Shown here in pieces: positions 28,501-41,991 of a DNA stretch of 64,000 bases. The notes beneath the pieces are model-generated. The model saw only the letters and a list, made by a program, of their open reading frames with translations, did no database searches and had not been told where the DNA came from. The first letter of the stretch is position 1. Every line of letters starts with the position of its first letter. The stretch lies in contig NC_045707.1 of assembly GCF_009834535.1 (NCBI RefSeq), forward strand, positions 49,354,001 through 49,418,000. Reading direction: 5' to 3'. The DNA is from Camelus ferus (Eukaryota). The position numbers were made by a program, and so were the translations under genes.

Positions 28501-28938
28501 AGACTTGCCCTGTTTCCTTTTTGTCCCAGGGCACATAGATCAATGCTGCTTCTGCTTCTGACTGCTTTAACAATATGGTACATTTTCAGCTTGCAGTCAT
28601 AGTGCTTTCTTCTCCACGGGCCTCAAGGATGACAGTGTGCATTGGAACAAAACAAACCATGCCATAAATATGCATTACTTATAATGTATTGATTAACAAT
28701 ATCTGTGCTCAAAAAAGCAATTAAATAAGATTACATATTGTAGCAGTTTCCAAACAGTGCCCTACAACCATAAACTATAATTTGTGGTACACAGCACAAG
28801 TGATGAAATGCACAAACAGCCTGTGGTCCTGGTGAAAGACGCTAATGCTTTCAAAAGATCAGCCACTGCTTATAGTTCAAAGACTGAAGATGTTATATCT
28901 TCCTTTGACAGTAAATCAGGTGTTCTGGGCAGCCTCAC

Positions 28939-28980
28939 CATCTGGAAAGATCCAGTCAGTATCTCCTTAATTGGATCTAC
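28939..28980 (-). other. Candidate exon (42 nt, frame-preserving)
   Basis: Minus strand: gttttcccactcag | GTAGATCCA...CAGATG | gtgagg. Open frame VDPIKEILTGSFQM. Confidence 0.25.
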
Positions 28981-30060
28981 CTGAGTGGGAAAACTTAATC
29001 CCTTTAAAGGAAACATTTTTCTCTTGACCTCATAATTACCATGCAGATAGTCTTAACTAGATAAAGATTCCTTCTGCTGCAACACTTGAATGCAGGAGAA
29101 AAACCATTCAAAGAAACAAGGTGTTCGGTATCACTTTTCCTGTGCAAATTCCCTGGGATCAGAAATAGGGGTTCTGTCCTATTTAGGTGAGCCCTGTCTC
29201 CATTCTGGTAGAGGAATCAAGAGACTGGCCCCTCAGTGGCTGCCATCCCTAGGACTCTCATTGTTAGCAGAGTCCCCCACAGGGCTTGTTGTCAGTTGCA
29301 TTTCCTTTGTTCCTGCCCTTTATCTCAGAGCCACTGACCTGATGCTGCTTTAGCTGAGAAAAAATAAGGATACCTGTAGATATTCACAGGGGTCTGAGTG
29401 GGAGGCTTGACATCACAGTAACTCAGAAAAAGATAAAAAGGTGGAGCTAGCAAACAGCAGCACACACAAACTGCAACTTTATTTGGAGTTGCTATAGTTG
29501 AACAACAAAGGAACCAGGTTGACTCATTTGGTTTATATTGTACTGGAGTGATGGGGTTATTTTAGTGAGTGTCCTAGCTCTTCTTTCTAGAGTGTCAAAT
29601 AGAAATGGATTGGTTCAAGCCCTAGTGAATACAGTTGGCTCATAATATAGTTTGCATTTAAATCAAATTTATAGTTGCCTAAAATAGATTCTCCAACTGT
29701 GCAGAAGTCATATAAGTGCAGGCAGAATGAAAAGAGTGCTTTTTGCCATTCATTCAAAAGCACATCAGTTGCTAAAGATACACTTTTCAATTGTTCTCTG
29801 TCCTACTGAGACTATTGCAAGGATTCATTTTCTCCTCAGTTACACTAAAATGATGCACTTTTGTCTGCTGCTGTTTTAAATCCCTATCATCCCTAAATGT
29901 GTTCCTCTATAATACTAAAAGGTGTCAAGTAAAACACCAGGGGGCTCAAAAGTTTGTTTTTTTCTTTCTTTCTCCTTCTTGCATTTCTTTTTTTTTTTTT
30001 TTTTTCCCTTCTTTCTTCATTTTTGAGGATTCACAGGTATAGTGTAGCTTCATTCTTCCC

Positions 30061-30273
30061 CAGCAATGGTTGTCAGCCAGGGCAATTTTGCTTGCAGGGT
30101 ACACTTGGCAATATTTGGAGACAATTTTAGTTATCGAAACTGTATAAGGGTGACTACTGGCTAGTGGATAGAGACCAGAGATGCTACTAAACACCCTACA
30201 TTGCACAGGACAGCCCTCACAGCAAAGATTTATCCACTCCATGTGCCAATAGGTTAGAGATTGAAAAATCCTG
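30061..30273. mobile_element. MER20
   Basis: acacttggcaatatttggagacaatttt...gagaccagagatgctactaaacaccctacattgcacaggacagccc. Confidence 0.85.
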
Positions 30274-30368
30274 TCTAGGAGAAACAAATAAGATTAACCA
30301 GGCTTAACTTTCATATAATTTTTAGAGATGGTGAATTTACATGATTTTACTACGTGATTTTGAATTTA

Positions 30369-30537
30369 TTTTATTTTTTATCTTTTTTTAATTGAAGTAC
30401 AGTCAGTTACAGTGTGTCAATTTCTGGTGTACAGCACAACATCCCAGTCATGCATATTCATACATGTATTTGTTTTCATATTTTTTTCCATTAAAGTTTA
30501 TTACAAGATATTGAACATAGTTCCCTGTGCTATACAA
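30369..30537 (-). mobile_element. Short, severely 5'-truncated young L1 3' end
   Basis: T-rich head then antisense L1 3'UTR (gttccctgtgctataca). Perfect 14-bp TSD tgattttgaattta at 30355-30368 and 30538-30551. Confidence 0.9.
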
Positions 30538-31037
30538 TGATTTTGAATTTAAATAGAGGAATTAGTGCCCATGGACCCTTCTACGGACAGAGCTTTCCGT
30601 AAAATCATCACTAAATCATTAAAATTCTTACTTTTTCTTAAATCCACCATTAGATTTATCTCAAGGTCTGGTGTTACTTTTCTATTTCATAGTCTCTTCT
30701 TTTATATTGCTAATGTGTCTCATTGAAAGAATTTTCACATAAATTTAGAAAATTCTTTGCAGTTTCATTCACCTGGCAAGGGTGATATTTAAAACAATTT
30801 TAAGTTTTTGAATGTTTCTGAGATGGATACATTTTTATATATATTTTAATTTTTTTGAGGTAAGGTGAGGAAACTCTACTGAAACTTACCTAGTTGATTT
30901 CATATATTTATATTCCTCAGTTAAACTTGAGTTTCATTCCTACGTTCAACAGTTTTACTTTTTATTCTTACTTTTTACAAGGGTTCAGACAGGAAATACC
31001 AGCCTTTGAACTTTTTCATAAAATAAAATTTCCCTAC

Positions 31038-31280
31038 TGCTATGGACTGAATGTTTGTCCCACCGAAGTCACATGTTGAAACCCTAATCCCCAACGTGGT
31101 GGTATTTGAAGATGAGGCCTTTAAGAGGTAACTAGGTCAGGAGTTTGGAGTCTTCATGGTGGGATTAGTGCCTTTGTAAGAAAAGATGCCCCTGTAAGAA
31201 GAGACAGGAGAGAGCTTGCTTGTTTTCTCTCTCTCTCTCTTCCTCTCTTTGTGTGTGTGTCTCTCTCTGTGTCTCTCTAA
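31038..31280 (+). mobile_element. MaLR LTR (MLT1A/MST-like), 5' part
   Basis: tgctatggactgaatgtttgtccc...catgttgaaaccctaatccccaacgtg. Confidence 0.85.
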
Positions 31281-31521
31281 ACACATTTTGTAAGCAGTTT
31301 GTCAGTCACGGTGTGTCAGGGACCAGAAATGAATACAAAAATAGATAAGTAGACAACAAAGAACCAATATAATAATGCAGAACCAGAATAACAAAAGATG
31401 CTGACCCAGTGGTGAATATCAGTTATTTCCTTAATTATTCTAGATCCATCCTGAACTAAGAAACTCAGGAGAGACTGATAGTTAAAACAGAATAATCTCA
31501 TGTACCAATAATGTATTATCA

Positions 31522-31653
31522 GCGGGAGGGTATAGCTCAGTGGTAGAGTGCATGCCTAGCATGCAGAAGGTCCTGGGTTCAATCACCAGTACTTCCATTA
31601 AAAAATAAATAAATGAGCTTAATAACTTCACCCAAAAAAATTTAAAAAAAATA
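31522..31653 (+). mobile_element. tRNA-derived SINE, camelid Vic-1-like
   Basis: A/B boxes as in the 14174 copy. Perfect 15-bp TSD aataatgtattatca (31507-31521 / 31654-31668). Confidence 0.92.
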
Positions 31654-34237
31654 AATAATGTATTATCAATTAATTTTTAGATTTGCCAATATCTACTCAG
31701 TGTTTGCCATGCTTCAAACAATGATCCGGATGCTGAGGATCCAAAATGAATAGATAGGTATGTTCTTGTTCATTGTAGTTGCTATATAAATAAATTATTT
31801 AACAAACTAAATATAATTTATCTCACAGTTTGAGATGTCATTCTCAATTAAATTTTGTGTGTATTATCTTGAATAGAAAAAAACAAAAAAACTTAAGTGT
31901 TGGATAGGGTGAAAAATGAACAGTGTGGACCTTGCTGATTTTTTGGAGTCACTACTGAGATGCCCTAAGTGGGTAAAATTGCTCAGAATAGTTCCTAAAA
32001 CTGTATTATTTCATTGGGATATACCAGTAGATTTAAGGACACAAATAGAGCTTCTTGGTTTTGTGTAAGTCCTCTTGGCTCCTTCAGTACTTCAATCATT
32101 ATAAAAAGAAAGTATCTCGGTAACTGAAAAAAAAAAAAAAAGGTACAGTCATGTACGTAAAAGAAAAAGAGAATACATGAAGGTAACTAAGTTATTGACA
32201 GTATTATTGAAAAATGGTTTTAAGTTTTTCCCTTCAAGATTTAGTTTAACAGTTTAATATCTTTGGTCTGAATACCAAAAGATTTTGTAGATACTGCAGC
32301 CCCAGCTTAACGTGCTATATTGAAATGAAGGTTTGAGGCGTATTATGGTTTCAAATAATTACACTTTCAGAGTCAACAGATCAATGCCAACCAAGTAGCA
32401 CGGAGGGGAGGAAGAAGAAAGAAAAAGGAGGAGCTGGGCAAGACCAAGATAGAAATAGAAGAGGGAAGAGACTAGATAGCTGTTAAGAAGGGAAGACTTT
32501 CCCTTTCCAACCTTAGCAATCTTCTCACCTGTAGCAAGATCTGGACGTGATGTGTTACTCTTTTAACTTAGTCACATTTAACCTATTGCATTTTGCATAA
32601 TAATTATTCTCTAATTGAAGAATTTTTTTAATGTAAATTAAGCTATGAAGCTGATTAACATTCTTGAAATCATCAGGAGACTTTGCTAGAAGCCACTGTT
32701 GACTTTATATAACCATAGGGAAGGAAAACATTGAAGGATCAAGAATTTGTAATTAAGAGTAAGTGAATAATAAAATAATAAGAATTCTTGATTTCTCTCA
32801 AAAAGGGACTTGGAATACTTGTGGGCAAGGGAGGAGAGAAAACAAGTCATTATGCATTCAGAGAAAATACTTTGGTAAATTTATTTTTTTCTCCTATGGT
32901 AATATTGGCAGTCATAAGCATGTGAACCCTAAAAATGAGAGAGAAATAATTCAGTTCAGCAAAATCATACTGATGGAAATGGATATGTAAGAAACGTTGA
33001 ACTCCATTTTGTAGGAAGTGTCCCTTTTTGTGTGCAGGAATTATGGAGTGGTTTAAATAAACTAGACAGTGTATTAGGTGTGTATAGGAGTTCACAGCTT
33101 GACTACTGGAGTTTTACTTTGCACCAAAGCTCAGCCCAGGGTGCTGCTTCCTCTCAATAATTCACAATCTTTAGAATGCAGCTGCCTAGACAAATGAAAG
33201 CACAGGATTTGGATAAAAACCCAGATTCTCTTTCCAGCTGTGCCTCCTTGACCCATCTGGAAAACGAGAAAATGGTCTTTCTTTACAAAGCACTTTGCAG
33301 CCTGAACCTTCTCTGTCTTTTCTTTCTCACCATTGGGATATCAACACACTTACACAGATGGATTACAATGCCCTTAAGAAGTAAACTACAACTAATGGGC
33401 CCAGAAGTAATTAAGATCATGGGAAAGTATGAAGCAAAGAGATTGATTTCCTAAAACCACACACAAAATTCATTTCTATTACTAGCTGCATGAGCTTCAC
33501 ACTTTTTGTCTGACTTCCTATCCCTGACTGACCTCTTTTCCTAGGAATGTGGAGAGCCTGGGCTCAGAGGACCCTGCAGTTTGAGGAGCTGAGGTTGAGC
33601 ATGTGAATGGAGGAGGGGAAATAAGCTTTCAGGTTGAAGAACAAAGGGGATTGAAGGCCGGGTATCAGATGAGGGTGTGGGAAGCAAATAGAGTTCAAAC
33701 ACTGGATCTAAATAGAGGGTGGTGGAGTACAGAGACCAGGTATCAGGAAGAGCCTCTGCAGTGAAGAACACGCAAGGTAGTCAAGGCAGGTTTGGGGGGC
33801 AAAGCACAGAGATTCCTGGATATACTGGGAGCCATGGCACTGGAGCCCTTGTCATGTGCCACTGTTGAGCCCATGGGTGGGGGTGGGAACCTCGAAGATG
33901 AGCTGTTTTTACAGCTCTACATGTTCAGTTGTCTACTTGGATATTACAGTTTTAGAAATGCATGGTAGGAAAAAAACAGGAGTTTTACAGAAAAAGTGCT
34001 ATGAAAAGAAATCTAACTTTCAAACAGAAAACAAGAAATTTGTACCTTTAGAGGCTAAAAATAAAGTCTCTGAATTAGTCCTAGTTTAATAAGTTAAAAT
34101 GTTAGCTTGCTTATAAGATTTTTCTTCCACAGTTTATAAGCATCAAAATGGATTTATCATTCTGGGCAATCCTTCTCCACTTCCACCAGTGTAAATAGAG
34201 CCTGTTATTGTTAGAGACTGTTTATGCCATGGTGGTT

Positions 34238-34642
34238 CTATTAATCAGGATAAACTAGGGTATGCCTTGGTAACAAAGTAACCCAGAAATATCAGTTACT
34301 TAACACAACAAAAGTGTATTTCTATCTCATACTACATGTACATTGTGAGTCTGCATGTCAGCAGTTCTGTTTCATATTATCACATCACATAAGGGGAGGT
34401 TAACAGGATCCTCCACTCAGAGCATAGCTGGTAGTCATAATAGGGAAAAAGTCAGATTAGAGAAGCTCAGAGGCTTTCTGTTGCCTCAACCTGAGGTTGG
34501 AACATCACACTCATGCGCATTTTATTGACCAGAGATGGTCTACTGGTCCCACCTACCTAAAGGAGGTTGGGAAGTATAATCTCAACTAAACAGGAATGGA
34601 AAGGAGAATTGGGTACTTGTGAGTATTAGTAATGTTTACTAC
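34238..34642 (-). mobile_element. MaLR MLT1 (old, MLT1J/K-like) LTR
   Basis: tattaatcaggataaactagggtatgcc..gtaacaaa..ttaacacaacaaaagtgtatttct. Confidence 0.65.
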
Positions 34643-35194
34643 ATTTGCTATTTTAAACTAATCATCATATTCTGGAAAACCAACTTCTGGAGAAAAAAGA
34701 GGGACATAAGAAGGAAAAAAAAATGGGGAAATGGACACAAGAAAGAATAACTGAAGGATCTTAACAGTAATTTGAAATTAGGGTGTTTCAGGTATTCTAT
34801 AAATGTGCAGTTTCTGTACACTTGAGGTTTCCCTCAAATATGAAAAAAAAAATTATTGCTTGGGCCTACTAAATGTAGGATTAGAAAAAAAAAAGGTAGG
34901 ATGGAATTCTTTCTGGACTAGTGAGACCAAAGAGCAGACAGGCTGACATCTAGACCGAGCACACTGCTGGGGTCTCGTACTTAATAGGAAATTAATCCTA
35001 CACATATGTTCAGAGCATTGTAAGAACTGAAAAGATGAGTTTCATTGACTGTCTAGTAAACAAGTAAAACCAAATAAATCTTGAGAAAAAGGAAGGTAGG
35101 AAAAAAAAGAGCTAGAAATTCCAAAGGGCAAAATGGATAATTTTTAGGCCAGTATAGATAGGACTTCTTGAAGTTCAGATGGGGGAGGCGTCCT

Positions 35195-35958
35195 TTTATT
35201 TTTTTAATCTTTTTTTTTTAACATTTTTTATCGATTTATAATCATTTTACAATGTTGTGTCAAATTCCAGTGTTCAGCACAATTTTTCAGTTATTCATGG
35301 ACATGTACACATCATTGTCACATTTTTTTCTCTGTGAGTTATCATAACATTTTGTGTATATTTCCCTGTGCTATACAGTGTAATCTATTTTTATATAGAG
35401 TGGCTAACATTTGCAAATCTCAAACTCCCAAATTTATCCCTTCCACCCTCTTTCCCTGGTAACCATAAGATTGTTTACTATGTCTGTAAATCTATTTCTG
35501 TTTTGTACATAAGTTCATAGTGGCCTTTTTCTTTTTCAGATTCCACATATGGGTGATATCATATGGTATTTTTCTTTCTTTCTGCCTTACTTCACTTAGA
35601 ATTATGACCACTAGTTCCATCCATGTTGCTGCAAATGGCATTATTTTATTCTTTTTTATGGCCGAGTAGTATTCCATTATATAAATATGCCACAACTTCT
35701 TTATCTAGTCATTTGTCGATGGACATTTAGGTTGCTTCCATGTCTTGGCTTGTATGTGGTGCTGCTATGAACACTGGGGTGCATGTATCTTTTCAAATTA
35801 AAGTTCCTTCCAGATCTATACCCAGAAGTGGGATTGCTGGATCGTCTGATAAGTCTAGTTTTAATTTTTTGAGGAATCTCCATACTGTTTTCCATTATGG
35901 CTGCACCAAACTACATTCCCACCAGCAATGTAGGAGGGTTCTCTTTTCTCCACACCCC
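35195..35958 (-). mobile_element. Young 5'-truncated L1 (ORF2 C-terminus and 3'UTR)
   Basis: Minus ORF 35492-35695 MWHIYIMEYYSAIKKNKIMPFAATWMEL. Poly-T head; 3'UTR homologous to the 329-962 copy. Confidence 0.93.
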
Positions 35959-37867
35959 AGAGAGGGGATCCTTAATGGTCATTCTCTTTAAAGTTGCCAG
36001 GAAGAAGGAAAGAAGAGCCCAGGGAAGCTGAGAGTAATTACCACGAAAGAACAATACACCTGGAATTTAGAGAAAAAGAGTTAGAAGATACACAGAGAAG
36101 ACCAGGAAGCCTCATCTGAAAAGAATCAGCAATCCCATTGGGCAACTGGGAATCTACTGAGGTTGGATTCTGAAGAGTTTGAGCTAGACTGGACGTGGCA
36201 GGTCTCACTTTCAGACAAAGTGAGGGATATACTTAGACTGACTTAGCTCCCATTGCATTGTAATGTAGACCAGAAAACCTATTATTTGTATTACTTTTAA
36301 GAGCTTCTCTAGCTTTTAATCATCCATATTATCTGGAATTTTAAAAATATCCTCTATTTCCCTGTATGTTTGCAGTCAAATCTTTAATGACCCCAAATGA
36401 GCCTCTGTGTTTCAGAAACTACAGCTGGGGAGGTGTTGAAAACCCAGGCTGAGTGGCAGTCAATGGCAACCAGGAATGAGAGTAAACAATCGAGATGCTT
36501 TTGTCTCATAGAAGCAAAGAGAAGATAATGGGGTCAGTCTAGGATGTAGGTAGAGCCTGATAGGAGGCTTTGGTCTGCCTTACAATGACATATTCAATAT
36601 AGGTGGCAAAGGCAATTGCTACTGAGATTTCTATTTCTTTATATAAAACCATCCACAGCTTCTCCAAGCTATAGCAAGATTATAAAGTAGAGAGAATCAG
36701 GAGCGGGGTCTGTTCTCATCATAAACATTAGTGTCCATCACAGACATTCTAAGCATATTTTCTGTTCCAGCATACAAGCCACTGATTAAAATGTTAACTG
36801 GCCCAAGAAGTAACCTCTATGGAATGCCATTTGTTATGTCTCCCCAGGCTGACACTGAACCATTGATAATATTTATCAAAATGTGACACTTCAACCAGCT
36901 GTCACTTCTCAAAGCACATGCAGGCACAGTTGTTGGTCAGGAATTAAGGCTGTAACAGCAGGGACAGTAAGGATTAGGTTTGACAGTTCACTAAGACATA
37001 TGCATAGTTTAGTTTTGTCCAAGTCAGGATGCCTTTCTATTTTAGAAAAAGGATGATTTCAGTTAATAAAACTTAATTTGAAAAGAGCTAAAGGTAAAGG
37101 AATGTGGAAGGCATTTTGAATGGCAAGCCAGAAAAGCATTCAGGATTGTTGATCACTGCTTTTCAATCACAAAGCATAAAACAGAAATAAAGACTTCAAT
37201 AATTAACAGAGAATTAGATGGTAAAAAAAAAAATAACGTTTGCAAAATTAAAAAATCAGGTCATTTTTTTGCCAGGGGTCAAGAGAATATATGACAGACA
37301 CAAGAGCTTCACTATAAAACTATATTCCTAAAAAAGGGAATATTAAGGAAGAAGGCAGATATGCCTTCTAACAAGCACAGTGAAATCATGCTTAAAATGA
37401 CTGTTTTCTACAATAGATTGTTGTACAATAGATTGATTTTCTCCAATAGAATGTTTTGTTTTTCCAGCTTCCTAGAAATATGGTCTTATGACTGAAACAG
37501 ATGTGCTGTTTAGCTCTTTCTCCTTGACCTTTTCACAAGTCTCCTAATTCTGATCAGGTAGTGAACAGCTGTTAAAATAAATCTGCCCTTGAGCTTTGGG
37601 GAGAAAGATTAGGCCTCAGACACTGCAGCTTCTGACTTTATTCCTGGCATCATGGTTTATGTCAGAGATTATAAACTCAGTAATCCAGAAAGTATGACAA
37701 ACACTCTGATAAATGTTGAGAAAAGCCAATCTAACTCCCTTCTTCCATAAGAGGCAGGAGAGACAGGAGGTGGGCGCTGAGGTTCACTGAGCACAGTAAC
37801 AGCGAGCACATTAAGTCTTCAGATTATCTGGATCCAGCAGATTTGGTGTTTGGGGATTGATATGCAC

Positions 37868-37938
37868 CTTTTCAGCCCGGAATGAGACTTGCACACAATG
37901 CCCATCATTTTATTATCTTCCTGGCAATCTGCACAACC
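37868..37938 (-). other. Candidate exon (71 nt)
   Basis: Minus strand: tttctttctttgttctatcag | GGTTGTGCA...CTGAAAAG | gtgcat (weak donor). Open frame GCADCQEDNKMMGIVCKSHSGLK. Confidence 0.25.
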
Positions 37939-38200
37939 CTGATAGAACAAAGAAAGAAATCCAAGCTGAAGAGAGACATAAGCTCCTGGTGTTGGGGGCA
38001 AAAGCTGTTTGAGTCAAGGAGCCTGCTGCGATTCCAGCACTTGTGCTGCGGGTTAGAGCCCTAGGCTCCATCGTCACCAGGGCACTTCCACTCTGAAGAG
38101 CATTCCAATGAAAAACTGACCAAAACAAGCAGATGAGGACAGCTACTCTCTTAACCCAATCTGGTAAACCATCTTCTTTAAAGGCTGATGTGTCTTTAGA

Positions 38201-38790
38201 CCAGGGGTGTGTCTACCCATGAAGCATGCTTGGTAATCCCCCATAGAGTATAAAAAGATAATGGAACTTATTCTTTTTAATCTCAATATTTTAAATTAAT
38301 ATTTTATGTGCATTTAAAAATGTACAAAATATATTAGACCACAGGATTGAATATAAAATAATAAGGAAATATACTATATGGATATATATGCCTGTTAGAG
38401 CTGCTATAACAAAATATCCTAAGCTGGGTGGCTTATAAACACTGAACATGCATCACTCACAGTTATGGAGGCTGCGAAGTCCAAGATCAAGGCACTCACA
38501 TACCCAGTGTCTGCTGAGGGCCAGCTTCTTAGTCAGCCATTTTTTTGGTACAAGCTCACATAGTGGAAGGGGTCTCTTTTATAAAAACAGCAATTCCACC
38601 CATGAGGGATCTACTCTCATGACCTAATCACCTACCCAAAACTCCACCTCCTAATACCATCACCTTGAGGGTTTAGGATTTCAATAGATGAATGTTGGGG
38701 AGACACAAACATTCAGAACATAATACGTATTTAATTTTTTTTATTGTTAGGGCATATACCATCAAAAAAAAAAAATGTTAGAGACCACTG
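38201..38790. mobile_element. hAT-Charlie-type MITE interrupted by a MaLR LTR (-, ~38390-38725)
   Basis: Ends ccagggg.. / ..gagaccactg with NTCTAGAN-like flanks (ctttagac / ttctagat). Inner gctgctataacaaaatatc..aagtccaagatcaagg..catgacctaatcacc is an antisense MLT1/MST. Confidence 0.7.
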
Positions 38791-39311
38791 TTCTAGATTA
38801 TTTCCCTCCCTCAGCCAAATGTTCATAAGAAACAAGGTGCATTGGGAAGGCATTAATATCATAGTAACTCTCTAAAAGTCACTCAGAACATTTCTGACTT
38901 GGAATAGTGATTAGACTAATGTCACTATAGAGGAGAGGAAAGGAAAAAAGAAGGGAGGGAACAAATGGGAAATAAAAATCTCTATCCTCTGGTAACATCT
39001 TTCTTTAATAATAAACCTTTAAACAGAAGACCCAGGCTGTTCACCTTTCTTATCTCCACATCCATCTACCCACTTTGGTGTGAATCATGTAACTCTCTAG
39101 TGAATGATGTTAAATCCAAGGAACAAGATTCAGACCAAAGGTAACATCTTAGGGAAGGTGTGTTTAGTGAGTGGAGGATACCAGGTACAGAGACTCAGGA
39201 AAATGTAACTGCAGAGTGTGGTTAACAGGTGGTTTGTTTGCAAGCCGTCAGAACAGTGAGCAGAGGACACTGACTTCACAATCAAAAACCAAGAGATCAA
39301 GTTCAAGATCA

Positions 39312-39590
39312 CAGGTTGTAAACAGGTGGCCCCTGGCCAAGTCCAGTCTGCAGACATGATTTGTTTAGCCAAAAGTCATGTATAAAATTTTCAATTTGTT
39401 GTAAACATATAAAACTTGGGAGATTCCACACTACAAAAATAATGTCCACATTTCTGGCTTCTCTTGATAAATGAAAGATCTGACAACACATGGGCTCACA
39501 TCCCTGAATAGCCACCAGGGGCTAGAGATGAAGTGTGTTGCTTGTGGATAGAGGGAGCCTCTTACTCTCATTTCATCCTCTGTGCTTGTT
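39312..39590. mobile_element. MER102-like hAT MITE
   Basis: caggttgtaaacaggtggcccctggcc..gatttgtttagcc..gaaagatctgacaacac. Confidence 0.6.
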
Positions 39591-39699
39591 TCCATTGCTC
39601 TGGGTTGAGAGAGAGCAAAACACACAGAATGCTGGGAGAAGTCAGGAAGGCAACCAAGAAACCCTGAATGATCAGCCCCTAGTCACACCTCCTTCCCCT

Positions 39700-41040
39700 A
39701 CCCCATTGCCTACCATGTGCCAGATGCTGCTCTAGGAATCAGGGATAGGAAGAATCAAAGGCAAACAGAAAAGACAAGGTGCCTCCTCCCACTGAACTTA
39801 CATTCTAGTTGAGAACATTGGAGAACAAATCATTAAATATCAGTTTTCAGTGATAATAATATCTAAAATATTTTGAATGCTTTATGGACCAGTCACTGTT
39901 CTGTCTCTTATGTGGTTTGTGTTCTTTGTACGCATATTCCCACAGAAACTCCATGAAAAGGAAATCGCATCCCAGTTTTCAAATAGAAAACTGAATCATG
40001 GAGACAAGCAACTTGTATGAAGTCTCACAACCAGTAAGTGGGAAGTAAGAATGGGCTGCAGCAGTCTGGCTTCAAAGGAGCGGCATTTGTCCCCGTCCCA
40101 CACCATTATGTGCTAAGCAGAGTGTTAAAATAGGCTGATGTGACAGAGAGAGACTGGGCAGCTACTTTAGATTTGGAAGTTAAGAAAAGCCTTTTCAGGA
40201 AGTGACATTTAAACAGATATGAAGGATACAACTATGTGAAAACCTCAGAAGTAGGCTAAGGGAAATCTAATGTGAAGAACTGTTAGGTAAGTGGGGACAC
40301 TGGGTAGATAAGGTGGAGAAGAGGGAGGATGGTCTAGAAGATGGTATTATGCCCACCTCCAGCATAAAGGGGCTTTACTTCTTCTAAATGAATGCCAGCA
40401 AGAAACCAGTTAGAACCAGTCAGCAGCAACTACTTGGCAGCAGAAAAGTCACTGAACATGACTCAGTGCTCATTGTAATATAATCAACATTGCAGTTTAG
40501 GCCCCCCTCATGGGTTTTACTGTGTACACCATGGGTAAGGACATGCACAAAGAGGACAAACATGACTAAGCACTTCAGGGACAAGAGCCATCAATCAATC
40601 AAGATACCACCTCTAAGTGAGGTGATAAGAGAAGGGGCAGACAAAGACCCTTGGATCAGCCCACTTCCCGTTTTTGGAGCTGTACTTTTCCTTTCCTAAA
40701 TAAATCCTTTAAAATCTTTCACTACACATGCTCTTCCTCTCCCATCTGTATTTTTATCTTTCAGGTAAGACAAGAATTTAGGTCTTTTCCCTTGCCCTTT
40801 TGGAGTAACAGAACTAAATTTGGAAAGAACTTGGCTTAATAAAAACCTGAAATAAGTTGATCAGCATGGCTGTAGCTTGATGGGAGAATGAAAATGAGAG
40901 GGAGAAAACTGGAGAGGTGCAGTTGAAGAGGAAAGTACAGGCCGTTCTCCAGGGCAGGGAGTTTAGATTTTATTCCAGTTGGGAGCCATTGGAGGGTTAT
41001 GGATTGAGAGGTGGTGGAATCTGGTTTGCATTTCAAAAAC
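39700..41040 (-). mobile_element. L2 remnant, interrupted by a MIR (~39850-40105) and a solo LTR (40281-40810)
   Basis: Antisense L2 motifs cctaccatgtgccag..gaacttacattctagt; ggaagtgacatttaa; ggagtttagattttattc..gggagccattggaggg. Confidence 0.7.
40281..40810 (+). mobile_element. ERV1-type solo LTR (530 bp)
   Basis: TG...CA termini (tgtta / taaca), perfect 4-bp TSD GAAC (40277-40280 / 40811-40814), AATAAA at 40699-40704. Confidence 0.9.
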
Positions 41041-41991
41041 ACGGCAATGCCAAGTCCACATTTACTTGGGATCTTTATAAACTGACCTTAATGTATGTCT
41101 CTGGCTACTTTTCCCATTCTTTCTCCTTCATACATTCTGTGCTCTAACTCCAATATTCAAGTAGCTCACGTTGTGCAGGAAAACCACTTTACGGAAACAA
41201 AGCCCTGATTTGTAGCATCTGCTGATTTCTGTGGTGTAAACACTTTCACTATAGCTGATTTTATGCTATCAATAGTTTAACAACCAGCCTGCAAAATTCC
41301 TGAATATTTAACAATCAGATCTTAAAAGCTGGTTCTGAGACAGGAAGGGGGCAGGGCACAGCCACTCAAGGAATGCTACAGCAATTAACATCAAAATGGT
41401 GAAAGATTCAATTCCCAGTAGGCCTTGAGGCTCAAGATGATGGGAGATTTAACTTCTAGTAGAACTTGAGCTTCATTATATGCTTATTGTAATATATTAG
41501 CATGGTGAATAACATGCCTACAGGCTCCATGGCAGTCCCAAGGCTAGCCACAAAAAGTCAGAGAGTGGGAAATGGCCAGCTTCCTGGGAATCCCAGCCCC
41601 TTCCCCAGGATACTTAGACTGGTCCTTTCACTTATTTGCATATGAAGCTACCAAAGCCCGTAAGAATGGGCAACACTGCCCCTCACGGCCTCTCTCTCCC
41701 CCTCTCCCCCTCTCCCTCTGTTCACAGAGCTACTTGAATATTGGAGTTAGAGCACAGAATGTATGAAGGAGAAAGAATGGGAAAAGTAGCCAGAGACATA
41801 CATTAAGGTCAGTTTATAAAGATCCCAAGTAAATGTGGACTTGGCATTGCCGTGTTTTTGAAATGCAAACCAGATTCCACCACCTCTCAATCCATAACCC
41901 TCCAATGGCTCCCAACTGGAATAAAATCTAAACTCCCTGCCCTGGAGAACGGCCTGTACTTTCCTCTTCAACCGCACCTCTCCAGTTTTCT
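40903..41991. repeat. 265-bp inverted repeat: arms 40903-41167 and 41727-41991, 559-bp spacer
   Basis: Base-by-base comparison gives 264/265 identity. The same peptide appears in ORFs 40917-41147(+) and 41747-42040(-). Confidence 0.98.
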
